Origin: Candidatus Eiseniibacteriota bacterium
GTDB taxonomy: Bacteria > Eisenbacteria > RBG-16-71-46
Direction: 5' to 3'
DNA: 64,000 nt
Assembly: GCA_963744995.1 (NCBI GenBank)
Contig: CAVUWA010000005.1
Coordinates: 32,001 to 96,000, forward strand
The notes beneath the pieces were generated by a model, which saw nothing but the letters and a program-made list of their open reading frames with translations, was not told where the DNA came from and did not search any database. Made by a program: the position numbers and the translations under genes. Every line of letters begins with the position of its first letter. The stretch's first letter is position 1. Positions 47,882 through 57,821 of the stretch are shown here, piece by piece.

Positions 47882-50275
47882 CTACGCATGCGCCACGGCC
47901 TCGCGCACGCTCATCCGCGCGGCATGGAGACAGGGCTGCACGCTGCTCAGGGTGGCCAGAACCAGGACCAGCCCGAGCCAGGCGAACGAAGCACCGGGCG
48001 CGAGCGTGAAGGGCAACGGCGCCGCGAAGAACATGTTGCCGGTCACGCGCTGCAGGATCGCGCTCACCGGCGCGGTGAGCAGGCTCGCTCCCGCCCAGCT
48101 CGTCAGCGCAATCAACATCCCCTCGGACCAGACCCCGAGCGCGAGCGCCCGCGGCGTCGCGCCGAGCGCTCCCATGATTCCGATTTCGCGCGTGCGCTGC
48201 ACCACGCTGATGGTCAGCGCCGAAGTCAGTCCGACCGTGCCGACCAGAATCACGAGGCCTGCGGCGAGCAACAGGATGACCTTGATGATCACCAGGTGAT
48301 CGATCACGGCCCCCCGCATGTCGTCGAGAGGGAACAGACGCGCGATCTCGACGTGATCGGCCGCGAATGCGGCCTCGATCCCGCGCGCGGCGGCCGCGCG
48401 GCCCGCTGCGTCGTGCGTTTCCGTTACGACCCGAATGGTACGGGCCACGCTGGCATCCACGCCCGTGGCCGCCAGCATGGCCGGCTCCGGCACGTAGACG
48501 ATCGGCTGTACGAGCAGCTCCTGCACGATGCCGACGATCGGAAACGCGAGCGTTCGGCCCTCGTGCCGCACGCGTACCGTGTCCCCGACCGCAAGCGCCG
48601 GATACATCGCGTGCGCGGCGCTGTTGAGCACCGCTCCGTCCACGACGGCCGGATCGAGCCAGCGCCCCGCGGTGACGTGTGGATCGAGGAGCGTGCTCGA
48701 CGGCTCGACGCCGAGCAGCGCCAGCTCGCGTCCCGCGGCGCCGTCCGCGCCGATCAGCCATGCCGGCGCGCCCGGCCAGTACTCGGCGCGCGCCACGCCT
48801 GGAATGGCGGCGAACCGGCGGTCGAGAGAATCGACCGGCCGGGGTGTCGCCAGCCACATGATGATGTCGTAGTGACGGCGCGCGAAATCCTCCTTCGTGG
48901 CCCGGTCCCATGCCGCCGAACAGTTGAGCGCGGCCATGAACGTGGCGCCAGCCAGCGCCAGCATGCCCGCGGCCAGCGCGAAGCGGCCGCGGCGCGCGAG
49001 CGCGGAGCGCAGCACGACGAGCTGCGGACGCGGCAACCACCGGATTCCGAGGATCGCGCGCGCGAGCGCGTCCGCGGCAGGAGGCCGTGCGCCGCCGACG
49101 TCCGCCAGCGCCTCACGCACGGTGATGCGCGCCGCGCGCCACACCGGCACGAGCGCCACCAGGAGCGGCGCGATAAGCCCCACGGCGACGACCAACGCCA
49201 GCGCCCCGAGAGGGAACGGGCTCCCCGAGACGTCGGCGTTGAGGATGTCGGCGGAAAAGCGCGCATAGCCACGCCCGGCGACCCACGCCAACGGCACCCC
49301 GATCGCCACCGCGGCGCCCGCCAGCATGCCGACGTGCACGAGATAGACCCCGGCGACCTGCGCACGCGTCGCGCCGATGGCCTTCATGATGCCGATCTGC
49401 CGCACCTGCTCGCTCTGCAGCGCCTGGATCAGGCTCGCGGTGAGCACCGCGCCGAGCACGAACGCCAGCAGCGCGAAGCTGCCCACCAGGAACATGAACG
49501 TGTCCATCTGACGCTGGTGCGGATGCTGGTCCGGCTCGGGCACCTGGACGCGCCGCACGGCGACACCGCGGGCCTCGAGCGCCGCCTGCGCACGGCCGGC
49601 GACCTCGCGAATGTGACCTTCCTGCAGCCGGTGCTCGGCGACGCGCAGCAGGATCTGCGACGATTCGCGGTGCGGGCCCCGGCGGGCCAGCGAGCGCTTG
49701 GTCACGAATCCGTAGACGACGTGCTCCATCCACGCCGGCGCGAGTCCCGCGGCGTAGGCCGTGCCCGCGAGGCGCAACGAACGCTCCGACCCGCCCGGGA
49801 TTTGCAAGGCTAGCGTGTCGCCGACCGCCGCACGCGCAACGGACAGGGCGGTGCGTTCGAGCAGGATCTCCCCGTCCGCAGGCGGCCAGGCGCCGGCGTC
49901 GGGGCGCACCAGGTTCAGACGCTGCGCCGTGAAGTCCTCGAGGACGTAGAGGAACGCCGGCAGCCAAGCCTCCTGGCCGGGGGCGCCCACACGAATCCGT
50001 GCCATGATCATCGGCCGCGCCTCGACGTCGCCCACCCCCGGCACGGCGCGCACCACGTCCATGACTCCGTCGTCGAGGCGATCCACGTAGAGCGTCGCCG
50101 ATGCAGGCTCGGTGGCGCCGTACATTGCGCCCAGCACGGGACCGAGCAGGGCCTGCTTGAAGACCATCGTCCCGAGCGCGCCGATGCCGATCGCCATCGC
50201 CAGGACCGCGAGCGCCGAGCGCCCGGGGCGCTCGGCGATGTCGGCCAGAGCCTTGCGCCAGCGCGGTGCCATCAT
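47882..50275 (-). CDS. ABC permease with two FtsX/MacB halves
   Basis: PRWRKALAD, QVRQIGIMKAIGA, QRTREIGIMGALGA, SVREA. Confidence 0.9.
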   Translation of the reverse strand: MMAPRWRKALADIAERPGRSALAVLAMAIGIGALGTMVFKQALLGPVLGAMYGATEPASATLYVDRLDDGVMDVVRAVPGVGDVEARPMIMARIRVGAPGQEAWLPAFLYVLEDFTAQRLNLVRPDAGAWPPADGEILLERTALSVARAAVGDTLALQIPGGSERSLRLAGTAYAAGLAPAWMEHVVYGFVTKRSLARRGPHRESSQILLRVAEHRLQEGHIREVAGRAQAALEARGVAVRRVQVPEPDQHPHQRQMDTFMFLVGSFALLAFVLGAVLTASLIQALQSEQVRQIGIMKAIGATRAQVAGVYLVHVGMLAGAAVAIGVPLAWVAGRGYARFSADILNADVSGSPFPLGALALVVAVGLIAPLLVALVPVWRAARITVREALADVGGARPPAADALARAILGIRWLPRPQLVVLRSALARRGRFALAAGMLALAGATFMAALNCSAAWDRATKEDFARRHYDIIMWLATPRPVDSLDRRFAAIPGVARAEYWPGAPAWLIGADGAAGRELALLGVEPSSTLLDPHVTAGRWLDPAVVDGAVLNSAAHAMYPALAVGDTVRVRHEGRTLAFPIVGIVQELLVQPIVYVPEPAMLAATGVDASVARTIRVVTETHDAAGRAAAARGIEAAFAADHVEIARLFPLDDMRGAVIDHLVIIKVILLLAAGLVILVGTVGLTSALTISVVQRTREIGIMGALGATPRALALGVWSEGMLIALTSWAGASLLTAPVSAILQRVTGNMFFAAPLPFTLAPGASFAWLGLVLVLATLSSVQPCLHAARMSVREAVAHA

Positions 50276-50961
50276 GCCTGGCGCGGCGGGGCCGCGGTCA
50301 CGACGCGGCCGTCCTCGATCGTCACCGTCCGCGGCGAGGCGAGGACGGCGTCCCGTTCGTGGGTGACGATCACCACGGTCTTACCCTCGCCGGCCAGTGC
50401 CGTGAGCAGGTCGAAGATCGCGGCGCCGGTGTGCGAGTCGAGGTTGCCGGTGGGCTCGTCGGCAACGATCAGCGGTGGATCGTTTGCCAGCGCCCGGGCG
50501 ATCGCGACCCGTTGCTGCTGGCCGCCCGAAAGGCTGGACGGCAGCTTGTTCGCCTGGTCCGCCACGCCCACCCGGTCCAGCAGATCGAGGGCGCGCGGCC
50601 GGCGTTGCGCGGCGAACGTGCCGCAGAAGTCCATCGGCAACATGACGTTCTCCGCCACGCTGAGCGTCGGCAGCAGCTGGAACGACTGGAACACCACCCC
50701 GACCGTGCGGCCACGCCAGGCGGCGAGTCGATCCTGGGTCAGCGCGCCGACCGGCGTCCCGCCGACCGTGATGCGGCCGGACGAGGGCCGGTCGATGCCC
50801 GCGATCATGTTGAGCAGCGTGGACTTCCCGCTCCCCGATCGACCGACCACGGTGACCAGCTCAGCCTGGCCGATCTCGAGATCGACCTCACGCAGGGCGT
50901 GCACGCTGCCGGCCGGCGTGGGATAGGACTTGCTGACGGACTGCAGATGGATCACGGGCAC
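50272..50961 (-). CDS. ABC ATP-binding protein (LolD/MacB type)
   Basis: GRSGSGKS, LSGGQQQR, VADEPTGNLD, VTH. Confidence 0.95.
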   Translation of the reverse strand: MPVIHLQSVSKSYPTPAGSVHALREVDLEIGQAELVTVVGRSGSGKSTLLNMIAGIDRPSSGRITVGGTPVGALTQDRLAAWRGRTVGVVFQSFQLLPTLSVAENVMLPMDFCGTFAAQRRPRALDLLDRVGVADQANKLPSSLSGGQQQRVAIARALANDPPLIVADEPTGNLDSHTGAAIFDLLTALAGEGKTVVIVTHERDAVLASPRTVTIEDGRVVTAAPPRQA

Positions 50962-51305
50962 CCTCCTGGATCACCGCGACGGCCTGCGCCGTGCGGGTCA
51001 GAGGCAGGGTGCCGCAGCCATGTGTCTGGAGTGTGTCGCCGGCGTATCGATGGGCGACGGGGCGGGCGGGCCAGGGAAGAATTTCAGGCCGGTGCCGCTC
51101 CCCCACCCGCCGTGGCGTTGCCGCTGTGGCTCTCGCGGGTTCCTGTCCGTCGAACTTCGGCGTGATCGCGCGGGCATGCGCCCGGAAATCATTTGCCTCG
51201 CCCGCGCACCTGGGGCACTGTCGAATGCAGTCGCCGGTTGGATTCTCCTTCGTTGTCCGGAGCCGTTCCCACGTTCCTCGGGTCGCCTTCCGAAGGAGAG
51301 TCATC

Positions 51306-52073
51306 ATGTGCAGCGTGCCGTTTCCGCTCGCCCTCGCCCTCGCCATCCCGGCGCAGGTATCCGCGGCGCCTCCGGTCGTGGAGGTCTCCGCCATGATCGA
51401 ACGCGTCACCCCGCTGACCGGATCCGTGCGCCTGGAGCCGAGCGCGAACGTGAGCGCCTATGCCAATCTGGCGAACTTCTGGGGCTTCTCACTGATTCAC
51501 GGGGGAGTCGCGAGCAACGGCGTCGACACCAGCACCCTGTTCGTGGCGGATGATCTCGTTCCCGATCCGGCGTATGGCGGAGCGAGGGTGACCGCCATCC
51601 GCTTCACGGTCAGCAACTACAATCCGGTCCCCGTGACGATCCGGACGATCGTCGGATTGCTGAATCCAGACGGGCCGTCCGGACAACCCGGGTCGCTCAT
51701 CCTGGGAATCGTCGCCGATGGACTGATCGTTCAACCCGTGACGGTGTCGGTGATCGTGTTGCCGATGCCGCCCGGAAGATTCTCGATGCCGGGTGGACCG
51801 TTCTGGGCGGGCTTGTCCTTCGACGATGCCGACGGCGGGTGGAGCGTGACGCCGAGCCAGCTTTCGAACCTCGGGCAGGGCTACTTCGGCCCGCCCACCG
51901 TCGGATCGAGCCAGAACCGTCTCTTCATCACCTCGACCCCGTTCACCCTGGACGGCACCATCCTCACCCGCACCGGCACGCCGGCCTATGACTTCGGCTG
52001 GGAATTCGAGGTCGACGATTCGACCCCGACGCGGCTTTCGACATGGGGCCGGTTGAAGACGCTGTACCGATGA
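51306..52073 (+). CDS. hypothetical exported beta-rich protein ending in TWGRLKTLYR
   Basis: AAGGAG RBS, signal-peptide-like MCSVPFPLALALAIPAQVSA, C-terminal TPTRLSTWGRLKTLYR. Confidence 0.7.
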   Translation: MCSVPFPLALALAIPAQVSAAPPVVEVSAMIERVTPLTGSVRLEPSANVSAYANLANFWGFSLIHGGVASNGVDTSTLFVADDLVPDPAYGGARVTAIRFTVSNYNPVPVTIRTIVGLLNPDGPSGQPGSLILGIVADGLIVQPVTVSVIVLPMPPGRFSMPGGPFWAGLSFDDADGGWSVTPSQLSNLGQGYFGPPTVGSSQNRLFITSTPFTLDGTILTRTGTPAYDFGWEFEVDDSTPTRLSTWGRLKTLYR

Positions 52074-52193
52074 CGCCCCGCGCCGCGACGGCGGCGGGTC
52101 CGTCGCCCGCAGGCGTCTCCGACAGGATCGGCGGCCACCCCGAAGGGAGGCCGCCGGCAGGCAACGAGTGCCTTGACCTGGGATCGCTCCATG

Positions 52194-55100
52194 TCACTCG
52201 AGCACGCTCACCCGCCGGATGGCGGTCCGATCGCCCTGGACGAGCCGCACGAAGTAGATCCCGGACTTCAGCGACTGCCCTGCGCCGAGTGCCACCTCGT
52301 GCCGCCCGGGCCCGGACGCGCCCACGTGACGCCGGGCGACGCGGCGCCCGCTCACGTCCAGCAGCTCCAGCGTTGCCGGGGCGGACACCGCCAGGGAGAA
52401 CGATACGTGCAGCGGACCACCCCGCCAGGGATTGCCCAGCGGCTGGAGCGCGAACTCCGTGGTCTCCACCCCCACGTCCACGGTGCCGTCCGGGGCGAGC
52501 AGCGCGAAACCGCTCTCATTGCCGTTCACGTCGACCGCCGAGAGCTTGTAGTACGAGCCCGCGGGACCGGGGTCGGCGTAGCCCGTGTCGGCCGTGGCCG
52601 TGACCAGATTCCCCGGCCCGGGCACGAACGCGGAATCGTTACCGCGGTAGACGCGGTAGTGCCACAGATCCGGCTCGGCATTCGCCCCCCAGTGAAGGTG
52701 CGTGGCGCCGGACAGATATGCGGCCGTGAACGGCGCCGGCGGTACCGGCGGCAGGTTGTCCACGGAGTACCCGGAGTCCGGAGCCGAGTCGTAGAAGCTC
52801 GTCGGCGTGGCCGTGAGCGCGCGCACCATGAACACGGCCCGGTGTGGGCCGGAACCGTTGGAGTCCGCGAGCGTGGGCACGACGACCTGATAGGCGTCGT
52901 CGCCGGTGGCCGTGATGGTGGTCAGCTCATCCCAGCCGAGGAGCGTGGCGTCCGCGGGATCCGCAGCGGGCTCATCGGACACCCCGCGCGCGGAGGCGAG
53001 CGGGGCGAGAACGAGTTCGCGCCGCAGGATCTTGTACTGCGTGATCGGCGTTCCCGACCCGACGTAGTCGAGCGGGCTGCGGCCGAACAGCAGCCGGACC
53101 TCCCCGCCCTGATCATCGGCCACGTCGGTCACCGCCAGGATGCCCGCGGCCGCGGTCGGCACCACCCGCTGCAACGCCTCGCTGGAGAAGCTCCCGGAGC
53201 GCCCGGCGTCTCCCTTGTACACCGCGGTGATCTTCCGCTCGCCCAGACGCGGCGCGAACAACGCGAGCCCGGCGACTCCGCCGTTCACCGGCGACGTGCC
53301 GAGCAGCGTCGTGCCGTCGAAGAATCGCACCGAGTCCCCGGGTGCGCCTCCGCCCGGCGGGATGAGGGTCACGCTCGCCGTGAGCGTCACGGGCGTGCCC
53401 AGCACCGCCGGTGCCGGCGCGGCCGTCACCTCGGTGCGGGTCGGGACGAGGCCCGGCAGCAGCGCTACGGTGTTTGCACCGAAGTTCGCGGTCGCCAGGT
53501 CGGGGCGTCCGTCGCCGTTGACGTCTCCAACCGCCACCGAGCCCGGGCCGGAGCCGGCGGGCAGGTCCGTCTTCGGGCCGAAGCCGCCGGCGCCGTCGCC
53601 GAGGAACACCGACACCGTGCCGGAGCTGAGGTTCGCCACCGCCAGATCCGGGCGGCCGTCGAGGTTCAGGTCCGCAATTGCCGCGGAAGCGGGGCCCGTT
53701 CCGGCCGTGAGGTCGGTCTTCGGACCGAACCCGCCCGCACCGTCCCCCGGAAGCACGGACACCGTGTGCGCCTGCGAGTTGGCGGCCACGAGATCGAGAT
53801 CGCCGTCACCATCCAGATCTCCGAGCGCCAGCGCGGTGGTTCCGGCTCCGGTCACGAAGTCCGTCTTCGGCGCGAACCCGCCCGCGCCGTCGCCGGGCAG
53901 CACCGACACGCTTCCGCTGCTGAAGTTCGCCACGACGAGATCGGGGTTGGCGTCGGCATCCAGCCGACCGACCGCCGTCGCCACGGGCAGGTTGCCCGTC
54001 GCAAAGTCGGTCTTCAGCCCGAACCCCCCCACGCCGTCGCCGAGCAGGACCGACACGCTGTTGTTGTCGCGGTTCGCGACCACGAGGTCCGGGTGCCCGT
54101 CGAGGTTCACGTCGGCGAACCTCGCGCCGCGCGGGCTCGTTCCGGTCGGGTAGTCGGTCTTGGCGCCGAGACCGCCGGCACCGGTCCCCAGCAGCACGGA
54201 CACGGTGTGAGACGAGGTGTTCGCCACGGCGACATCGAGGTGACCGTCGCCGCTCACGTCCGCGATCGTGACCGAGTAGGGATTGCTGCCGGTGGCGAAG
54301 TCGGTCTTCGCGGCGAATCCTCCGAGCCCGTTCGCAAGCAGCACGGACACCGTGGCGGCCGCGGAGTTGGCGGCCACGATGTCGGTGTACCCGTCGCCGT
54401 TCAGATCGGCCATGCCCACGCGGACCGGCGCCGTGCCGGTGGCGAACTCGGACTTCGCCGCGAAACCGCTGCCGCCGCTCAACAACAGGGACACCGTGCC
54501 GCCGTTGAAGTTCGCCGTCGCGAGGTCGAGCCGCCCGTCCCCGCTCACGTCACCGATCGCCAGAGAGAACGGGCCCGTTCCCGTCGCGAAGTCGGTCTTC
54601 GGGCCGAACCCGCCCGCGCCGTCGCCGGGCAACACCGATACGGCGGAGGCGTTGATGTTCGCCACGGCCAGGTCGGGGCGGCCGTCGCCGTCGAGGTCGC
54701 CGATCGCAGCGGAGAACGCACCGGTGGCGGTGACGAAATCGGTCTTCGCTCCGAATCCGCCCTGCCCGTCGCCGAGCAGCACGGAGACGGTGGAGGTGCT
54801 CTGATTCGCCACGGCGAGATCGGCGGCCCCGTCGCCGTTCAGGTCGCCGATCGCCGCCGAGCGCGGCGTCGTTCCGGTCGTGAAGTCGGTCTTCGGGCCG
54901 AATCCGCCCAGCCCGTCGCCGAGCAGCACGGAGACGGAGTTGGAGCTGGCGTTCGCCAGGGCGATGTCGGCATGGCCGTCGTCGTCGAGTTCGCCGATCG
55001 CCACCGAAACGGGAAGGTCCCCGGTGGCGAAGTCCGTCTTCGCCCCGAACCCGCCCGCGCCGTCACCGAGCAGAATGGAGGCGGTGTTGTCGCTGCTGTT

Positions 55101-55613
55101 TGCCACCGCGAGGTCCGCGCGGCCGTCGCCGTCCAGGTCACCGACCGCGAGCGCGACCGGGCCGGCTCCGGTCGCGAAGGTCGTGGCGGACCCGAACCCG
55201 CCCGCCCCGTTCCCGAGCAGCACGGACGCGGTGTTCGCGCCGTTGTTGACGACGACCAGGTCGGAGCGCCCATCGCCGTTCACGTCACCCGCGGCCACCG
55301 CATAGGGGTTCGCGCCGCATGCGAATTCGGCGCCGGACCCGAACCCGCCGGCGCCGTCGCCGAGCCGCACCGTGACGGTGCCGGCGGTGTAGTTCGCCAC
55401 GACGAGATCCGGCTGCGCGTCGCCATTCACGTCCTCGAAGATCCCCGAGATGGGCCCCGCACCCGCCGCGAGGTCCACGCGGACCCCGAGATCGAAGGCA
55501 GCGGCGACCCCCGGCAGGAGCATGGCGCTCGCGAGGAGGATGGGCACGGCCAGTGGGCCTGCCGGGCGAGCCGACATGGCGCGCAGAGGAGCAGGAGAGG
55601 ATACGAAGCTCAT
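52194..55613 (-). CDS. secreted FG-GAP/VCBS repeat protein (14 repeats) with Ig-like domain and T9SS-like CTD
   Basis: GGAAAGGAG RBS; 14 copies of ~49-aa GDLxGDGxxDLAVAN..VSVLLGDG.GGFG.KTDF.TG; Ig-like VTLTASV..VRFFDG..Y.GD; CTD GIYFVRL. Confidence 0.92.
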   Translation of the reverse strand: MSFVSSPAPLRAMSARPAGPLAVPILLASAMLLPGVAAAFDLGVRVDLAAGAGPISGIFEDVNGDAQPDLVVANYTAGTVTVRLGDGAGGFGSGAEFACGANPYAVAAGDVNGDGRSDLVVVNNGANTASVLLGNGAGGFGSATTFATGAGPVALAVGDLDGDGRADLAVANSSDNTASILLGDGAGGFGAKTDFATGDLPVSVAIGELDDDGHADIALANASSNSVSVLLGDGLGGFGPKTDFTTGTTPRSAAIGDLNGDGAADLAVANQSTSTVSVLLGDGQGGFGAKTDFVTATGAFSAAIGDLDGDGRPDLAVANINASAVSVLPGDGAGGFGPKTDFATGTGPFSLAIGDVSGDGRLDLATANFNGGTVSLLLSGGSGFAAKSEFATGTAPVRVGMADLNGDGYTDIVAANSAAATVSVLLANGLGGFAAKTDFATGSNPYSVTIADVSGDGHLDVAVANTSSHTVSVLLGTGAGGLGAKTDYPTGTSPRGARFADVNLDGHPDLVVANRDNNSVSVLLGDGVGGFGLKTDFATGNLPVATAVGRLDADANPDLVVANFSSGSVSVLPGDGAGGFAPKTDFVTGAGTTALALGDLDGDGDLDLVAANSQAHTVSVLPGDGAGGFGPKTDLTAGTGPASAAIADLNLDGRPDLAVANLSSGTVSVFLGDGAGGFGPKTDLPAGSGPGSVAVGDVNGDGRPDLATANFGANTVALLPGLVPTRTEVTAAPAPAVLGTPVTLTASVTLIPPGGGAPGDSVRFFDGTTLLGTSPVNGGVAGLALFAPRLGERKITAVYKGDAGRSGSFSSEALQRVVPTAAAGILAVTDVADDQGGEVRLLFGRSPLDYVGSGTPITQYKILRRELVLAPLASARGVSDEPAADPADATLLGWDELTTITATGDDAYQVVVPTLADSNGSGPHRAVFMVRALTATPTSFYDSAPDSGYSVDNLPPVPPAPFTAAYLSGATHLHWGANAEPDLWHYRVYRGNDSAFVPGPGNLVTATADTGYADPGPAGSYYKLSAVDVNGNESGFALLAPDGTVDVGVETTEFALQPLGNPWRGGPLHVSFSLAVSAPATLELLDVSGRRVARRHVGASGPGRHEVALGAGQSLKSGIYFVRLVQGDRTAIRRVSVLE

Positions 55614-56012
55614 CGGGACACTCCTTTCCATGAAGTCCGGCAGCCGCTTGGCGCCCCACGCGGGACGGAGCCGCAGAGCTGCCTCCGGCTCCGAGAACGG
55701 TGCCCGGTCCCGCGGACGGCACGCGTCACGCCCATCAAGGCAAGGGGGGCCGCAGCGGTGCGCAGAAGAGCCCTTACGTTTCATCCACGCAGAACCGGCC
55801 CGGATGCGGACATCGAGTCTCATCTGCGGGCAATGCAGCGGCCCTGCTGCAGCCATGCGAGCAGAAATCCCGGAAGACGTCTGGATACCCTGAAGTCGAG
55901 AATCGCCGCCTTCGCGCCGCGGGCCGCAGAGCCGGTGTGCTAAAGTTTGGGCTGGCACTTCAGCCCGTCGATCCCCGGCGCAGCCCTGCTGCACAACCAT
56001 GAGGACCGCATC

Positions 56013-56645
56013 ATGCCAAGGCTACGCAACGCCCTGTTCACGCTGGCCGCACTCGCCATGCTGGTGCCCGCCAGCGCCTCGGCCGACCTTTTCATCTCCG
56101 AGTACATCGAAGGCTCCAGCTTCAACAAGGCCATCGAGATCTACAATCCCACCGGCGCACCGGTGGAGATGAGCGAGTACACGCTCAATCTCTACTCCAA
56201 CGGCTCGGCGGTGGTCAGCCAGTCGTACAATTTCGGCCTGGGTCCGCTCGCGCCCGGCGACGTGCTGGTGGTGTCACGCTCGGACGCCGATCCGGCCATC
56301 GTCGCCGTCACCGACGTACTCGCGCCCACCGTCATCAACTTCAACGGCGACGACGCGGTCGAGCTGGTCCACGGCGCGACCACCATCGACGTGATCGGCC
56401 AGATCGGTTTCGACCCGGGCTCGAGCTGGAGCGCCAACGGCGTCTCGACGGCGAATCAGACGCTGCGTCGCAAGGCCGGCGTCTGCCAGGGTGACCCGAA
56501 CGGCGCCGATCCGTTCGACCCGTCGATCGAGTGGGACTCGTTCCCGCAGGACACCTTCGACGGTCTCGGTGCACACACGGCCAACTGCAGCCCCACGCCA
56601 ACGAACACCAGCACGTGGGGACGCATGAAGTCGCTCTACCGCTAG
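56013..56645 (+). CDS. exported lamin-tail-domain (LTD) protein ending in TWGRMKSLYR
   Basis: Signal peptide ending ASA; LFISEYIEGSSFNKAIEIYN, FNGDDAVEL, IDVIG, TLRRK, DGLG.H. Confidence 0.85.
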   Translation: MPRLRNALFTLAALAMLVPASASADLFISEYIEGSSFNKAIEIYNPTGAPVEMSEYTLNLYSNGSAVVSQSYNFGLGPLAPGDVLVVSRSDADPAIVAVTDVLAPTVINFNGDDAVELVHGATTIDVIGQIGFDPGSSWSANGVSTANQTLRRKAGVCQGDPNGADPFDPSIEWDSFPQDTFDGLGAHTANCSPTPTNTSTWGRMKSLYR

Positions 56646-56665
56646 TCGCGGCACCCCGAGGTCCA

Positions 56666-56702
56666 CGAGCCGCTCCGCCCGCAACCGGGGCGGGGCGGCT
56701 CG
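56666..56702 (+). terminator. hairpin downstream of the LTD gene
   Basis: cgagccgctccgccc / gggcggggcggctcg, a 15-bp stem with one G-U pair; no adjacent U-tract. Confidence 0.4.
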
Positions 56703-56889
56703 ATGCGTTCCGGCGCGGGCGGTCCGGGACCGCCCCCCGGACCTGCTTCCTTTGCGTCGGCGATCCGCGGCGCGACGTAGTATCGTGAGCGCGTCTCCAG
56801 CGATCGTGGCGCAGCCGCATCGGGCCGCCGCGACTCCCCCGAGGTATCGAGCCGGGACGCGGATCGATCCGGAAAGGAGCGAATGCACG

Positions 56890-57486
56890 ATGAGAGGGAT
56901 CCCACTGTTTCTAGCGCTCGCCGCACTGGCGATCGCATCGCCCGTGGCAGCCCAGGAGTCGAGTACCACGTTCCGCGAGAGGATCCTGGGCGCCATCCGC
57001 CTGCCGGAGGCCACCCAGGAAGCGCGCGTGCTCGGCGTGCCGGAGACCGACATTCGCAAGGTGTTCGCGGCGGCGCGCGAACGGCGCCTGCCCGCCGGTG
57101 CGCTGACCCAGGTGATCGTGACCGAGAACGAGGCCGTCCGCCAGAACGGGCCGATCGAGAACTTCGGCGCGTTCGTGCAGTCGAAGCTGGATCAGGGACT
57201 GCGCGGACGCGATCTGGCGGCGGCGATCCGCGCCGAGCACGCCGCGCGCGGCATCGGCCGTGGGAAGCGCCTGAGAGCGCCGTCGAGCGGAGGCCACGGA
57301 GCCGCCGCCGTCGGACGGCCGGCAGACGCCGGCAAGGCGGGGGCGGCGCATGGCAAATCGGGCGACGCCGGCAACACCCAACCGAAAGGCAAGTCCGCGG
57401 CGCCCGGGAAAGGCGGACCGGGTGGCCAGCCGGACGCAGCGGGCAAGGGCGCCGGCAACACCGGCGCGAAGGGGGGTTCGCGATGA
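56890..57486 (+). CDS. hypothetical exported protein with Gly/Lys-rich tail
   Basis: GGAAAGGAG RBS, signal peptide MRGIPLFLALAALAIASPVAA, helical core, low-complexity tail. Confidence 0.75.
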   Translation: MRGIPLFLALAALAIASPVAAQESSTTFRERILGAIRLPEATQEARVLGVPETDIRKVFAAARERRLPAGALTQVIVTENEAVRQNGPIENFGAFVQSKLDQGLRGRDLAAAIRAEHAARGIGRGKRLRAPSSGGHGAAAVGRPADAGKAGAAHGKSGDAGNTQPKGKSAAPGKGGPGGQPDAAGKGAGNTGAKGGSR

Positions 57487-57821
57487 CGAGACCCTGGAAG
57501 ATGCCGCTGGCCGCGGGCGCGCTGGCGCTCGTGTTCGCCCTGGGAACGTTCGGCTGCACCGCGACCCCCTCGCAGGAGAGCGGCTCCGCGGAATCGACCG
57601 TGGACACGCCGGCCGACACACCCGCCTCACCCGAGGCGGACATGGTGCAGTCGGCCGCGAAGATCGCGACCGAGATCGAAGCGGAACCGGATCGGGCGGC
57701 GGCGATTCTGGAATCGCACGGCATGACACCCGAGCAGTTCCAGGCCCTCATGTACGAGATCGCCCAGGACCCCGCGAAGTCCGAAGCCTACGCTGCGGCG
57801 CGCGCGGGCGGGGGTTCCTGA
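57483..57821 (+). CDS. hypothetical lipoprotein
   Basis: ATGA overlap, lipobox TFGC, acidic helical C-terminal half. Confidence 0.75.
   Translation: MTRPWKMPLAAGALALVFALGTFGCTATPSQESGSAESTVDTPADTPASPEADMVQSAAKIATEIEAEPDRAAAILESHGMTPEQFQALMYEIAQDPAKSEAYAAARAGGGS

Noticed and set aside
52194..55613. Periodic DNA repeats as a CRISPR or guide-RNA array
   Set aside because: The period is ~147 nt, in frame, degenerate at third positions and encodes FG-GAP blades. There are no unique spacers or cas genes.
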